DNA of 64,000 nt from a virus. Location of the stretch: positions 24,797 through 88,796 of the IMG/VR virus record IMGVR_UViG_3300035698_006183, one strand, 5' to 3'. The translations under genes were made by a program, and so were the position numbers. A model generated the notes under the pieces. It was not told the DNA's origin. It ran no database searches and was given only the letters and a program-made list of their open reading frames with translations. This document shows positions 20,701-31,200 of the stretch, piece after piece (the stretch's first letter is position 1; the number at the start of each line of letters is the position of its first letter).

Positions 20701-21403
20701 CGGTGTTATCGAGGGAGATTTCAAAACTTCCGTAAGTAGTGGTGGAACAGTTCCAACAGAGCTGAGAATTGAACCTCTGGCCATCAGTCCTCATACTTGG
20801 ACTGGTCAAGTAGGCATGGGTTCGACGGATGCAGCTTTCCCATATGCTTCTCCTTTAGACCAGCTTCCTCTTTTGGAAGGTATCCCAGGCACAGAGCATA
20901 ATCAGGATTGGTTCTTCTGTGCCTCAGCTACTGTCACGATTGACGATTTCAATGCTGACACTGGAATGCTGACGTTACAATCAATGGTACAAGCCGACCA
21001 GCAGCCTGAGTGGGTGTTGGGAGGATTAGATAACTATGCTTCCCCCAGACCAGATGCTGAGTTCAGGGCAATGTATCCATATGTTGAAGGCTTGAATGGG
21101 TACCGTCCTACGGTAATAGCTCAGCCTTTATTTGGGTCAACCCGACACAAAGTATTCGTCCCAGTCCTGGCTCGTATAAAAGAAACCGTACCTGGAGCTA
21201 CAGGAGGTATATTATACAGACAGGATGAGTTAGTTCTTGTAGTGTTGACACGATTTGCGGAACTGGATGAAGATAACAACCTCCAATTTATTGGTGGCTT
21301 ATCCAGTGAAGGTAATGAAGGTTTAGAGAATGCTGAGAATAACAGAACCTGTGCTGCTGTATATAGAACTCGCAACTTACTTTTAGCTGTGGGTGGAAGA
21401 TAA
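17798..21403 (+). CDS. Large baseplate/tail protein, paralog A (1201 aa)
   Basis: N-terminal FESIIWETGKPVLDSEL resembles DUF4815/DUF6519-type starts; shares many motifs with 32516..38938. Confidence 0.65.
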   Translation: MATKDYKKNYSGIQEAGSSVPVPNEVSRDLSAGDKAFESIIWETGKPVLDSELAVHQDAIKWENRLYRGQHLNSGWFRGISRVDGYDDYGTETDSVVVDNSDADLIDGDILVNSFVMNKMTALVAGRTVVIEYTNTETPNRNLIQLPEPPIFAPDTPQKTDFVWLEVWLALVAPSPRAAGAVQVASIPSVGDTITINSVALAGVAAAPVAGEFLIGADEETTAVNIVAAINDPLNATSSYVVARVNVNFVVIESIVAGEGQGAVVPYTGNFITLASTAPALVASGMTLQDGQDRPNKPEEDQSKLFRHGNVQSPENTWLDDEIIDPVVNSESSQRVQLQYRFRYTDSEAINYKTHPDGFSNSTAGAGAPLVIAQGARQTPALNVDGTRTYPFVPADTESTWLESSAIAYALKDNGLWVAGSGDDQSVKDLGTIDGYVYAIPLCFVFRHSNVSFTGMPFGFDPLNNANGAPMHDHSGYDGPLGAIPADHSDRPDGEFADVVTLDNMLDLRRSIVSPGISLTSELQYQMQSLLDANNQTWAVSSHDKHGYGGSVNGDVSTRFLICNAIGRDTVADGMHIRDFDHVARRFGSNPVVERVVYAFWPGDRETAGEVAPGLVNSGKYIDKSIGSTGGVWTETDVLHLDLAELDTHGLGSLFQGGTNGLSLPGTPQPFIDKAPPGTTITDVLSIYHDDGHYDNDTDHQEVEASLIKGLGTGHLEITLDANGTLVTGGLDTAPGGEYPMVDSATPPADGSMRRIFVEVEISYPIGDDAYHGLTDTPLLDLAEPDAIVYDGTLINPVVGEDYLAGPGSAVAVDEDQSPGDMASKNPPAFREGFREVRLDYVTDSTQSELLPNPDPVTDGTSIGPLWGLVSRGPEEIRTPRRLYGIPFSAGGGFPVIEDVPAAVAVDPDFDLTEYGSSSRKIVMDDVLSGAGKTLCNVTYEPQDPIPNYGDSGYTVMVYYRAAAPQTAGVIEGDFKTSVSSGGTVPTELRIEPLAISPHTWTGQVGMGSTDAAFPYASPLDQLPLLEGIPGTEHNQDWFFCASATVTIDDFNADTGMLTLQSMVQADQQPEWVLGGLDNYASPRPDAEFRAMYPYVEGLNGYRPTVIAQPLFGSTRHKVFVPVLARIKETVPGATGGILYRQDELVLVVLTRFAELDEDNNLQFIGGLSSEGNEGLENAENNRTCAAVYRTRNLLLAVGGR

Positions 21404-21413
21404 GGAGATTGGG

Positions 21414-24400
21414 ATGCCGAGGAATCTGAACCCAAAAAATATTAAGATTGGCCCGGGTCAAACAGTTCCTGACCGAGGAGCTGATGCTGGTCTTGTAAAT
21501 GGTGCTGTGACAGGTGGTGGTGGAGCTGGTGGGGATGCTAATTTAGTTCTGGCAGCCTTGAAAGCTCATATCCTTGACCCTAAGAATGCTCATGATTCAT
21601 CAGCTATATCAGTAAATCCAATACCTCCGTTAGTCTCTGACGATGTTGAAGATGTTTTAGAGGATGTTGTAGGCGGTATGCCTTATGAGCCCCCGATGCT
21701 CGGTAAATCTACTCGGTATGTTGATTTCCATAGTGTTCCTGATTGGGGTTCTATCAAGTTGAATGATACTCCTATCTTCCTTAGAGATAGTGATTTTGAT
21801 GGGTTGGTAAATACAAATGATTTCGGGGATGTCTATCCTTATTTCCATAGACCTCCTTTCTTGAATATTGACACCTCGTTAATGAATTACAATGAAGATT
21901 TCGATAGTAACCAGCAGTATTCTCCTGGCTTTATACCTTCGAATCCTCATGTCACACCTGAATTTGATGGGCAGGTACAGAATAAAAAATATGACCTGAG
22001 AGAACACGGGACGATGTTTCCTAATGGTGGGGATGTTTTTGCAGACCGTGTTTTCAATTACCCTGATGTGTTGGGTGTTGATAACACCTGGGACATGAAA
22101 TCTGGTGGTACAGGCCGTTGTTATGCTGGTGGATTTACTCGGGCTGATGACAAGGTACAGAAAACTTTAAGGCTTATGGCCAATGAGATTGCTGGCCCGT
22201 GGCCCATGTTGGTGACAATATCAGGTTCCATCTACCCTGCTGATAGAGGTGTAATAGCATTATTACATTTTCCTCATATTCCTGAACCTACCTCTACAGA
22301 ACCCTGGTCAGATGAACGACGAGATGCTTTCCTTGGTCAAGATATAACAGACCGTTGTATTGCAGCTTTGTTATTGGGGCAGGGTGTGTTAGGTGATGCT
22401 TGCATTGAATCCTTCGGGCAGGCTTCGATAGGTGCTCCTTATCCTCCTGCTTGTGATGGTGGCCCCGGAGGTATTTTTGGGGTTGGTGTTGACAGTGAGG
22501 GTGATTATGACCCCTTCACATATCCAGGCCGAGCAGGGGGCCAATACGACCTTGAAGAACTGCATACAGGAACCTCTGTTATCTCAGGTATAGGTACTCT
22601 TCCTCACCCGTGGGGCAATTTGACTGACCAGGGAGCAGGAGCTGGTTCTAAACGAGCACATTATCAAATCCCTGGAGATGATTTCTATCCTGCAGCAGGT
22701 CAGGTCCGACTCGGTTCAGACCCTGATGCTGGTGATGTTCTAGCTTGGGGTATTCCAATACTCGGTGGAACTGTCGAGGCTTATATGGATGCCGTGTCTA
22801 TTCCCAATTACACGGATTACCCAAATATCCCTTACATAGGGCAATCAGCTATCCACGACACAAATTTCTTTAAGTATCGTTTGCCAGTACTTGATGACTA
22901 TTCAAACACTTCGGGGTTGAAACACACACCTCAAAGTAGCACTACTCCAACAGTTGGGGAAAGTCACAGGTATTTCAGAGCTCCTGATACAAGTAGTCCT
23001 TCAGAGAATCCTTATGACTGGGGTGCAACATCCGTTACTTTTGAAGTAGCTGGTAACTACCCTCCGTTCCAACAGGACTGCACAACCTGGCAGATTGCTC
23101 GATACCGACATACCTTTGCTATGGAAGGCAGTCAGAACTTAGGTTCTTATGCCATATTCCATTTTAAATCGGAACGAGATTTCGAGGCATTGATGATAGA
23201 TGGTGTTATACCTGATGATTTGTATGGGATTCATTTCCTAACAGACCAGTCCAACGTGGTTAATGAAAATATCACTGTAACGGATGACCCTGAATACAAT
23301 GGGCCTATTCCAGGATTTGGATATGAAGCCACATTTTATAATGGTTTAAGGGATGAGGTTTTCGTCAGTGGTTCTGTAGACGACCATGTGGTAGACCGTG
23401 GTGACATTGTTACTAATACTTTTGACTGGGAGGTTCCAGTTTTAGCTTCCGACCCTGGGATTATGTGGGTGTCGGGTGTAGCTTATTACACAGCTAAGAA
23501 GTTCTTAGGCGGTGGTGATTCATTCAAACTTACTGAGGTTGCTACTGAGGTATCCAATGCATGGGACAAATGCTATAGAACGGATGATATTCCAGGTGAT
23601 GGTTTATCGGGGATAACTCCGCCTGCTCTGGAAAACAGTCCCAACCCAGCATTTATGAATTTGAAGTGTTTCGGTAATAATGTTGAAAGTGATTTACCTG
23701 GTTCTTATCCAGGTGCTTGGTATCGTCAAAATCAATATGCTGTTGAATTCCCATTCAACACATTAGGTTCTAATGGATTTGGGGATTTTAGCTGGGATAA
23801 TGGTCCCGCAAACAGTGATTCTTTATCTATTGCTATTGTAGACGATGTTATTCTATCCGGTGATGAAGATGAACCTTCTTTCTCATCAAATGCCCAACCC
23901 TGGTTTGGTATCCGTCGGCCATTAACTCATGGTGGTGACTGGGAAGGTGTTATACAACCAGCTTGGGACCTTACAAATGGTCATGGCTTTGCATTAGAGA
24001 ATTCAGAGATAGTCTTACTCCATACTACAAGTGTGTGGGTAGATGACCCTGATGGTAGTGGTTTCGATGGTTCCTATGGTAATTTCGTGAAAGCCTCAGC
24101 TATAAGTACTGTATATCTTAGTCATTACACTGCATTTAGTAATTTATTAACCGCAGAAAAAGATGTCAGTGAAAGATTCCTGGATGAGATTTACCGTTAT
24201 CGTAATCGGTATAGTAACAACAACCATCCAATTGATTCAGAAGCTCTAAATTCTTTGGTTGGCCCCGGAATAGGCACCTGGCATGGTGGCCCCGTTCCAA
24301 TACCTACCAGAGCAGGACAATATTATTCTGCAGCAGAATTCCCTGAACCTTGGACGACTTATGAAGATATTGATGGCTATCCCACTGTTGTGTGGATCAG

Positions 24401-25226
24401 TAATATGTCTTGGACACAGTTGAAAAAACACGAAAAAGGTTTATTTGATTTCAGTTTGACTACTCCGACTCCAGACGAACTTCAAGTTGTAGGGCTTCCT
24501 CCCAGAAACCCGAAACTGTTGGACTGGGCTACAGTTCCGTTCCCGAGTGCTGGATTACTTCGTTACCCTGTGGAGAATTACACGTTAACCTCGTATCGGC
24601 CAGATACAACAGATAATGCTGATGCGACACTTCGTGATTATAGTACAGGTTATGGGGATGACATTAAAAACTATGTTCGTGTCTTCGATACTTCGTTTAG
24701 CCGTTCTAATCCAGCAAGTTCTACGCCCCCGTGGGATGCCGCAGGACAACCGTTTGTGACTTTACGGGTGGATGGACTCAAACTAGAGGATTTCAAATAT
24801 ACAGTACCTGGTTTAGGGACGTTATCTGAAGCAGGTTATCCAAAAATATCAGTTCAGGTGAAAGCACCTGGGTTGACGACGTGGATGGATGCTGGTCGTC
24901 CTGACGGGTCCGGACCAAGTAAACAAAACCCAACTCTTGATGGTGCTGGCTGTCAAGTAATTAGCCCCCATACTTTTGATGGCCTCGACCCTGAGACGGG
25001 TATGGTGTACTGTCAGATACGTGTGAATGTCGGTCCCTTTGTTAATTTATCAACTGGGATTGATGGTGAAGTACCTGTAATGGTTAGGATTCAGATGAAT
25101 GAGATGAATGCAGGCGAGTATGATTTACGTGGTGGTGGCTCGGGGACAGCAGCTTCGGATGTTCGTGGGGTCACAGGACTCCATGTTATACACCCTGATG
25201 AAGTAGAAACAGCTCCTACAATCTAA
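21414..25226 (+). CDS. Large virion structural protein (~1270 aa)
   Basis: AGGAG RBS before ATG 21414; HILDPKNAHDSSAIS is a fibre-type His motif; structural context. Confidence 0.55.
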   Translation: MPRNLNPKNIKIGPGQTVPDRGADAGLVNGAVTGGGGAGGDANLVLAALKAHILDPKNAHDSSAISVNPIPPLVSDDVEDVLEDVVGGMPYEPPMLGKSTRYVDFHSVPDWGSIKLNDTPIFLRDSDFDGLVNTNDFGDVYPYFHRPPFLNIDTSLMNYNEDFDSNQQYSPGFIPSNPHVTPEFDGQVQNKKYDLREHGTMFPNGGDVFADRVFNYPDVLGVDNTWDMKSGGTGRCYAGGFTRADDKVQKTLRLMANEIAGPWPMLVTISGSIYPADRGVIALLHFPHIPEPTSTEPWSDERRDAFLGQDITDRCIAALLLGQGVLGDACIESFGQASIGAPYPPACDGGPGGIFGVGVDSEGDYDPFTYPGRAGGQYDLEELHTGTSVISGIGTLPHPWGNLTDQGAGAGSKRAHYQIPGDDFYPAAGQVRLGSDPDAGDVLAWGIPILGGTVEAYMDAVSIPNYTDYPNIPYIGQSAIHDTNFFKYRLPVLDDYSNTSGLKHTPQSSTTPTVGESHRYFRAPDTSSPSENPYDWGATSVTFEVAGNYPPFQQDCTTWQIARYRHTFAMEGSQNLGSYAIFHFKSERDFEALMIDGVIPDDLYGIHFLTDQSNVVNENITVTDDPEYNGPIPGFGYEATFYNGLRDEVFVSGSVDDHVVDRGDIVTNTFDWEVPVLASDPGIMWVSGVAYYTAKKFLGGGDSFKLTEVATEVSNAWDKCYRTDDIPGDGLSGITPPALENSPNPAFMNLKCFGNNVESDLPGSYPGAWYRQNQYAVEFPFNTLGSNGFGDFSWDNGPANSDSLSIAIVDDVILSGDEDEPSFSSNAQPWFGIRRPLTHGGDWEGVIQPAWDLTNGHGFALENSEIVLLHTTSVWVDDPDGSGFDGSYGNFVKASAISTVYLSHYTAFSNLLTAEKDVSERFLDEIYRYRNRYSNNNHPIDSEALNSLVGPGIGTWHGGPVPIPTRAGQYYSAAEFPEPWTTYEDIDGYPTVVWISNMSWTQLKKHEKGLFDFSLTTPTPDELQVVGLPPRNPKLLDWATVPFPSAGLLRYPVENYTLTSYRPDTTDNADATLRDYSTGYGDDIKNYVRVFDTSFSRSNPASSTPPWDAAGQPFVTLRVDGLKLEDFKYTVPGLGTLSEAGYPKISVQVKAPGLTTWMDAGRPDGSGPSKQNPTLDGAGCQVISPHTFDGLDPETGMVYCQIRVNVGPFVNLSTGIDGEVPVMVRIQMNEMNAGEYDLRGGGSGTAASDVRGVTGLHVIHPDEVETAPTI

Positions 25227-25233
25227 TAGAGTC

Positions 25234-25249
25234 GGTGGAATGGTTATAG
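25234..25249 (+). promoter_or_regulatory. Putative late promoter motif GGT-N8-TATAG
   Basis: Intergenic cGGTggaatggtTATAG. Confidence 0.45.
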
Positions 25250-25291
25250 TTCACCTCTGTTAGAAGTATGGCTTGAACATAAGAGGTAGAT

Positions 25292-28200
25292 ATGGCGTAC
25301 GACCCAAATAAAGTGAATCTCGGGGCTGACCCTTTAACGAACCCAACAGCTTCGGATAGAGACCCTTGGCAAGAGGCGTTTAAACGCTTCTCATCTGTCC
25401 CTGAATCGAAAACCTTACGTGCTTCAGAAGCTCTGGCAGGGATGACTGGTTCATGGGCATCTCAATATAAAATGGGTCCTACTGTAAATGATAATTCAGG
25501 AAGTCCTGAAACGACAACCCCCTCTGATTTCCAGATGAAGAATAACAAACTTGGGCGTCCTGGTATGCCTGAGATTGATTTCGTACCTTATAGTCATAAC
25601 ACTAACCGATTTGGTAACAAAGGTGGGGCACTTCTTGGTGAACCTATTTCATTCGCCTGTGTTGGACCAACTGCCAAAATTGGTGGTGAGAAGATGGTTT
25701 GGCAATGGGTAGTGGATTACGATAACTTGGTTGCTGACCATTATGTCATTCTCTTGGATGATATCATCGTGGATACTTCTGCTCCAACCTGGACAACTGC
25801 TGCTCGAACTGCTGATGTGAGTGATTACTACAATATCCAATCAGGAGATGTCGGGACACGTTTCGATGGTGGTTTATATCTGATGGTTCAGGAAACTGGC
25901 CACACTAGTGAAATTGACCCTTCCTCTCCTGTTACAGGTGGTGTTGGTGATGGTGCTCTCATTCAAGATGGGATAACAACTCGGGTTCCAATTGAACCTT
26001 TGACTTCCAACAGTAAAACGGAATTGTTCCGTATCGTTGAGTTGTACGAAGATGGTGGAGTTCTTGGGTTTGTACTGGATTCCAATAAATCCCTGGAAGA
26101 TTATTTCGATGTGGCTGGGGACCCCGCAGAACCAGACATCATTCGTCATATTACATTAGTTGAGCCTGCTGCTACTCGATTGGTAGCTATCCCTGACTCT
26201 GGTGAAGGCCGTAGCCGAGAACAAGTGTTTGCATTTACACCACCTCGACGGGCAATGACCTCTGAACATCAACCAATAGCCTCAGATTGGGAAGTTCTTG
26301 GGTATTCAGAATATCCGTGGTTTGTGGAAACCACGTTTACTGATTTAAACATGTTTTATTATGATTATGCCCCCCAACTCCCTATTCAAAAACCATATAT
26401 TGAATGGGCTGATGTGATCATCCCAGATACTTCTGGATTCGGGGGTGGTGGTTCTTTAGGTATTACGGAAGTTCACTGGGATTCTGGTGCCGATGAGGTT
26501 TTGCCAGAAATCGGGGACATCCTGAAAATACACTCCATTCAAACAGATGACAGTTCCACTTGGGTTCCTGCCAATGGACGGTCTGTTAAATGGGGTAGTA
26601 TCCTCGGATTTTTTGAAGTCTATGATGTGTATTTCCGGGGTGCGACTATTTGGGGAGTTAAGCTGAGGCGTTATGCTGAAGTTAACCCTGAAACTGGAAA
26701 CTCTATGTGGGGTGTTCAGAGACAATTCAGTGCTGACCTGGTGAATGATGAACCGACATTGAAATGTTCGGTCCACAAACCGGTTAAAGAACTCTGGAAT
26801 AACCCCTGGTTCGATGCTGATGCATTAGACTCAACCAGACTGACCAGTATCATTGACCCTCGATGGGTTGAACGAGCTGGAATCGAAAGCACGGATTTAA
26901 CCGAACATGCTTTAGGTAAGAGTCCTTACCGACCAGATAGAGCTATCTTCGACACAGCTTCTTCTAATGCTGGTGCTGATGGTTCGAATGCTGACCCTGG
27001 AAACCTTCAGAACTTGGGCTTCCGAGTTGTTTTGTTCCCAGGTAAAATAAAAACCGTTCCGACTTCCACTGGTGGTACCGAAGATATCATTGCTCCTGAT
27101 TGGAGCCGTCCAATCACGTCCAATGAGCTGACAATTGACCCGACTGTTAATGAGAAACAATATATTGAGGTGGACTATGCTAACGGTTTCGTCCGTTTGT
27201 CACATCCTCCCCAAGCAGTGGATGCTTCTGACCCAGATGCTGGGGATTTAGCTCCTGCTGATGACATTTTTGCAATTGATACAGATGATAACCCTCGTGG
27301 TGAACAGGTGTTGTTTGCAGCATGTGTTCCTTACACTCAGGACATTGGCCAGATTGGGTCCGGACCTCGTGTAACAGCCCAAGCCTCCAGTAAAGATGTT
27401 TGTGACGGGGTTGGTAATACGGCAGGTTCTGGTAGTTTCTACGATGTCTACAGCCACAGGGTAGCTTTTGATGTGGATACCACCTCAGCTCAGATTATTA
27501 CATGCCGTAACCAGGTAGGTTCAATAGACCAACAACTAAGTTTGACAGGATTATTAGCTGACCAGTTACCCCCAACAGGTTTCTTTGAACTGTTCCAGAG
27601 TGGTGACCCTGTTCTTACAACTACGAACGTCCGTGGCTCCTTGTTTGGTTATTATGGAGTTGAAGAATCTGGTGGTAATACCATTCTTCATGGTGTTCAT
27701 GGTGGGCTAGAAGCAGATGTTGACACCGTAAATATTAGTATTTCAGCTCCTGCACAGATTATCTTGCGGAGAGAGATGACTACTCCGAATGATCTTTACG
27801 GAACAGCAACAGTTACATACCAGGATGATGTGACTTATGGTGATGCTAAACGAGCAGGAACACTTCGTTTTACTGGGGTTGATACCGTCGTAAACTTGGA
27901 TGGTTCGGTTACTATTCGGATTCAGGATACTGCTGAAGATGCTTATGATAACCTGGGAGATTTGTTTTCCTCTTGGGTATTTGCTGGTGGAGAACTTACA
28001 GGGTATTATGATGGGGGTGGCCCCGATTATGGTGTGAACATTGCCGAAACCACAATCATGTACCAAGGTTCCAGATTAGTTGTCCCAGCAGGGTTCTTAG
28101 TGACTGGGGAAACAGACTTCGGTTATGTCTATGTAGATGGTTCTGATTGTTCCTACGGACTTTCGGCCACCATACCTTTGGCAGACCCAGAGCTTGTTCT

Positions 28201-31200
28201 TTTAGGTTCCTATGAAGGAACGGCAGCACTGGCTCCTGAAACAGCAGACCTCCGATATCCTTTATTGGATATTGACCGTCGGTTGGACATCTTCGTAGGT
28301 CTTCGACAGGATGGTAGTGGGACACCGTTGACCGGACACCACTTCTCTACTTTGGTTGAAGCAGTAACTTATGCCAATGAAATTCAGAATCCTACGTCAG
28401 GTAATCCTGACTTAAAGGTCCGTATTCGAGTTGTAGGGTACACAGAAGAACCAGAAGCTGCATTACCTATCATGATAGGCACAGACGGGCTGATGATTGA
28501 ATCTGACCCCTCAATGGGCCAATCACAGTCTGTTACCTGGGATGCTGATGATAAATGCCTGATTGATTTGAATGGTCATGATGGTTTGACCTTTGAAGGG
28601 ATATCTTTTCTCAGCACAAGTGCCGTAACAGAGAACACTGAACCTCTCCGAGCTTTGTTTACGAATACTGGAGGTACTGCCCGACGGCTACATGTCAATA
28701 ATTGCCGTTTGATTGGAAGTCAGGGCTTCATGGCCATTAGTGAAGAACGTCTGGAAGATTGTTCCATTACCAACAATTATGGTGAAGATTTACTGGATTT
28801 CGGTATTTACTTAACCAAAGAAACTTATAGTTCCTTAACCTTAATAGGTACGGTTGGTACGGTAGTGGTTACTTCGGGCTTCATTCGATTCATTGACCCT
28901 ATTACAACACAATTTTTAGATATGACAGTTACTACTGGAGGGACTATTACTGCGGGGCTTGGTAATGTTACTATATCTAATGGTGTTGACCCTGATTTAG
29001 TAGTATCCACGAGAGCTGATATAGAATCTTATGGTGAAGGTACTATTACTCAGGGTGCTTCTGTCATAACATTTGAATATGGTGATAGAGGTATAATAGA
29101 TATAGGTAAGATATCTACTTCTTCCATTTATATAGGTGTGGATATTTTAAACAACAGTGTTATCAAGAAGAACACTTTTATTCAAAGTTCTACTATCGGT
29201 AATATGTCTGATAACCTACAGGAATTAGCTCTAACTGAGACATCTACCATTGATACAGATGCTGGATTCACTTTGACATTTACAGATAGTGTTACTTCCT
29301 TAGTTATCCCTCCAAGTTCTTCTTATACCCTTCAGAATGTAGCAGGGACTGCTGTAATTACTGGAGGTGCTGGTTTAATCATAGGGTTGAACGACACATT
29401 TGCATTTAATGGTAGTGGCACGGGCTCTGCAACAATCACCCCGCCTGTAGGTGACCCGATTGTAGTCACAGCAGACACCTATGGGTATTTGATAACTCAG
29501 GGTGCCACTGATGTTGTCACTTTAAAACACAGCCCTATAGAGGGTCCCGTGACAGGTGGGGTTACTTCTTATATTGGTTATGATTTTGATTTACTGAATC
29601 CCCATAACCAAATTAAAGATAATACCCTTATAGGTTTCCATACTGGTATTCACAGTAATTCTTTAAACAATTCTGAGGTGGCCTTTAACAATATTAGAGA
29701 TACTAAAAACTCTGGTATTTATATAGGTGGTTTTTCACGATTTAATGATGTAAATGATAATATCCTAGATCATGTCTTCACTGAAGAACGTCTTGGATGG
29801 GAACCTTTCCAATGGCCAACTCAGGAGTCAACAACAGGTCCCTTTGATTCAAGTACCGAAGCCTATAAAATTGGTTTGTTCGGAGAAGGTGACCATAATA
29901 CTGTTGATTCAAATGTAGTGTCTACTGCCCAATATTCAGCACCTCTACATCTACCACTTACTTTTGGAGCCGTACCTGATCCAGGTTGGAATTATCCAGT
30001 ATATGATATTTGGACTGACGGGGACTATGTAAATATAAGTAACAACACAGTAACTTGGTTTATTGGCGGTAAAGGGGATAATTCCCAAGTAAGAGATAAT
30101 GTTGTATTATGGTATGGTTTCCGAGATCAAATCATAAACACAAGTCTTTGGTTTTCAGGTTCAAGGGGTGGTTATATAAAATCTAACAACAAAATTAGTG
30201 GTAATATATGCACAGGATATCTTTCCTTGTCCGATTCCCGTGAGACACGAGTTGAAGGGAATACAGCAGAGCGTTTCTATACCTCCAACCTTTATCAAAG
30301 TGGCCTTTCATCTACTCATAAGGGTTCCCCATTTTGTGAAATTATTGGTAACAATATAATTTATGGTATGTATATTAACGGCCCAGAAGATTATCGTTCT
30401 GAGGGGTGTCGTGTTGAAGGGAATACTGCTCCTTATCTACACATAGATGATTATAGTAGAGATGTTGTCGTTACTGGAAATACAATAAGTATCGTAGATG
30501 ATTCGAGGTCAACTGCTTTGTTCTGTCAAGGCAAAAACTGTACGATTACAGGTAATCTATTCCAAAGGATTTGGGAAGGTGTGGAGGCAAGCATAGTAAT
30601 AGTAATAGTTGAGGGTGATACGGATTTAGTCTTAATTACTGGGGATAATTGTGTGTTCAGTGGAAATGAAGCTCTTCTTGAGTATGTTGCTGAATATATA
30701 ATATCACCAATAGCTCCGAGTGGTTATGGTCCGGTAACTTTTGATGCTTATTTAATTCCCGTGTCTGTGAAGAATGACGGAACTAGTGATGGTTCTTACG
30801 GTCGTAATGCTGTTATTACCGGAAATAATATTAAGATTGAAGTTAACTTGGAACTTATTGAGGGTACTCACGACCATAGTATAACGGTTGAAGGTAACCA
30901 TATAGGTCTTTGGGTAAATGGGGTGACTAATGATTCGTATGGTAAAACTACTGGTCATACTATTACAGGGAACCGTATAGAAATTATTCAAAGACTTGTG
31001 ACCGCAGGAACAGTGACTCCTGATGTAGTAAACCATGATGATGTTATTGGGATTAAATTTGACCCTGTTGGGGCATTAGCTAATAGTACAATATCTGGTA
31101 ATAATGTGTCGTCTACTTTCTTTGTTGATGCTGAAGGAGATATTACAGCAACGGCCATTTTCAATGGTATCCAGGGATTAAATAACGATGGTAATGTTAC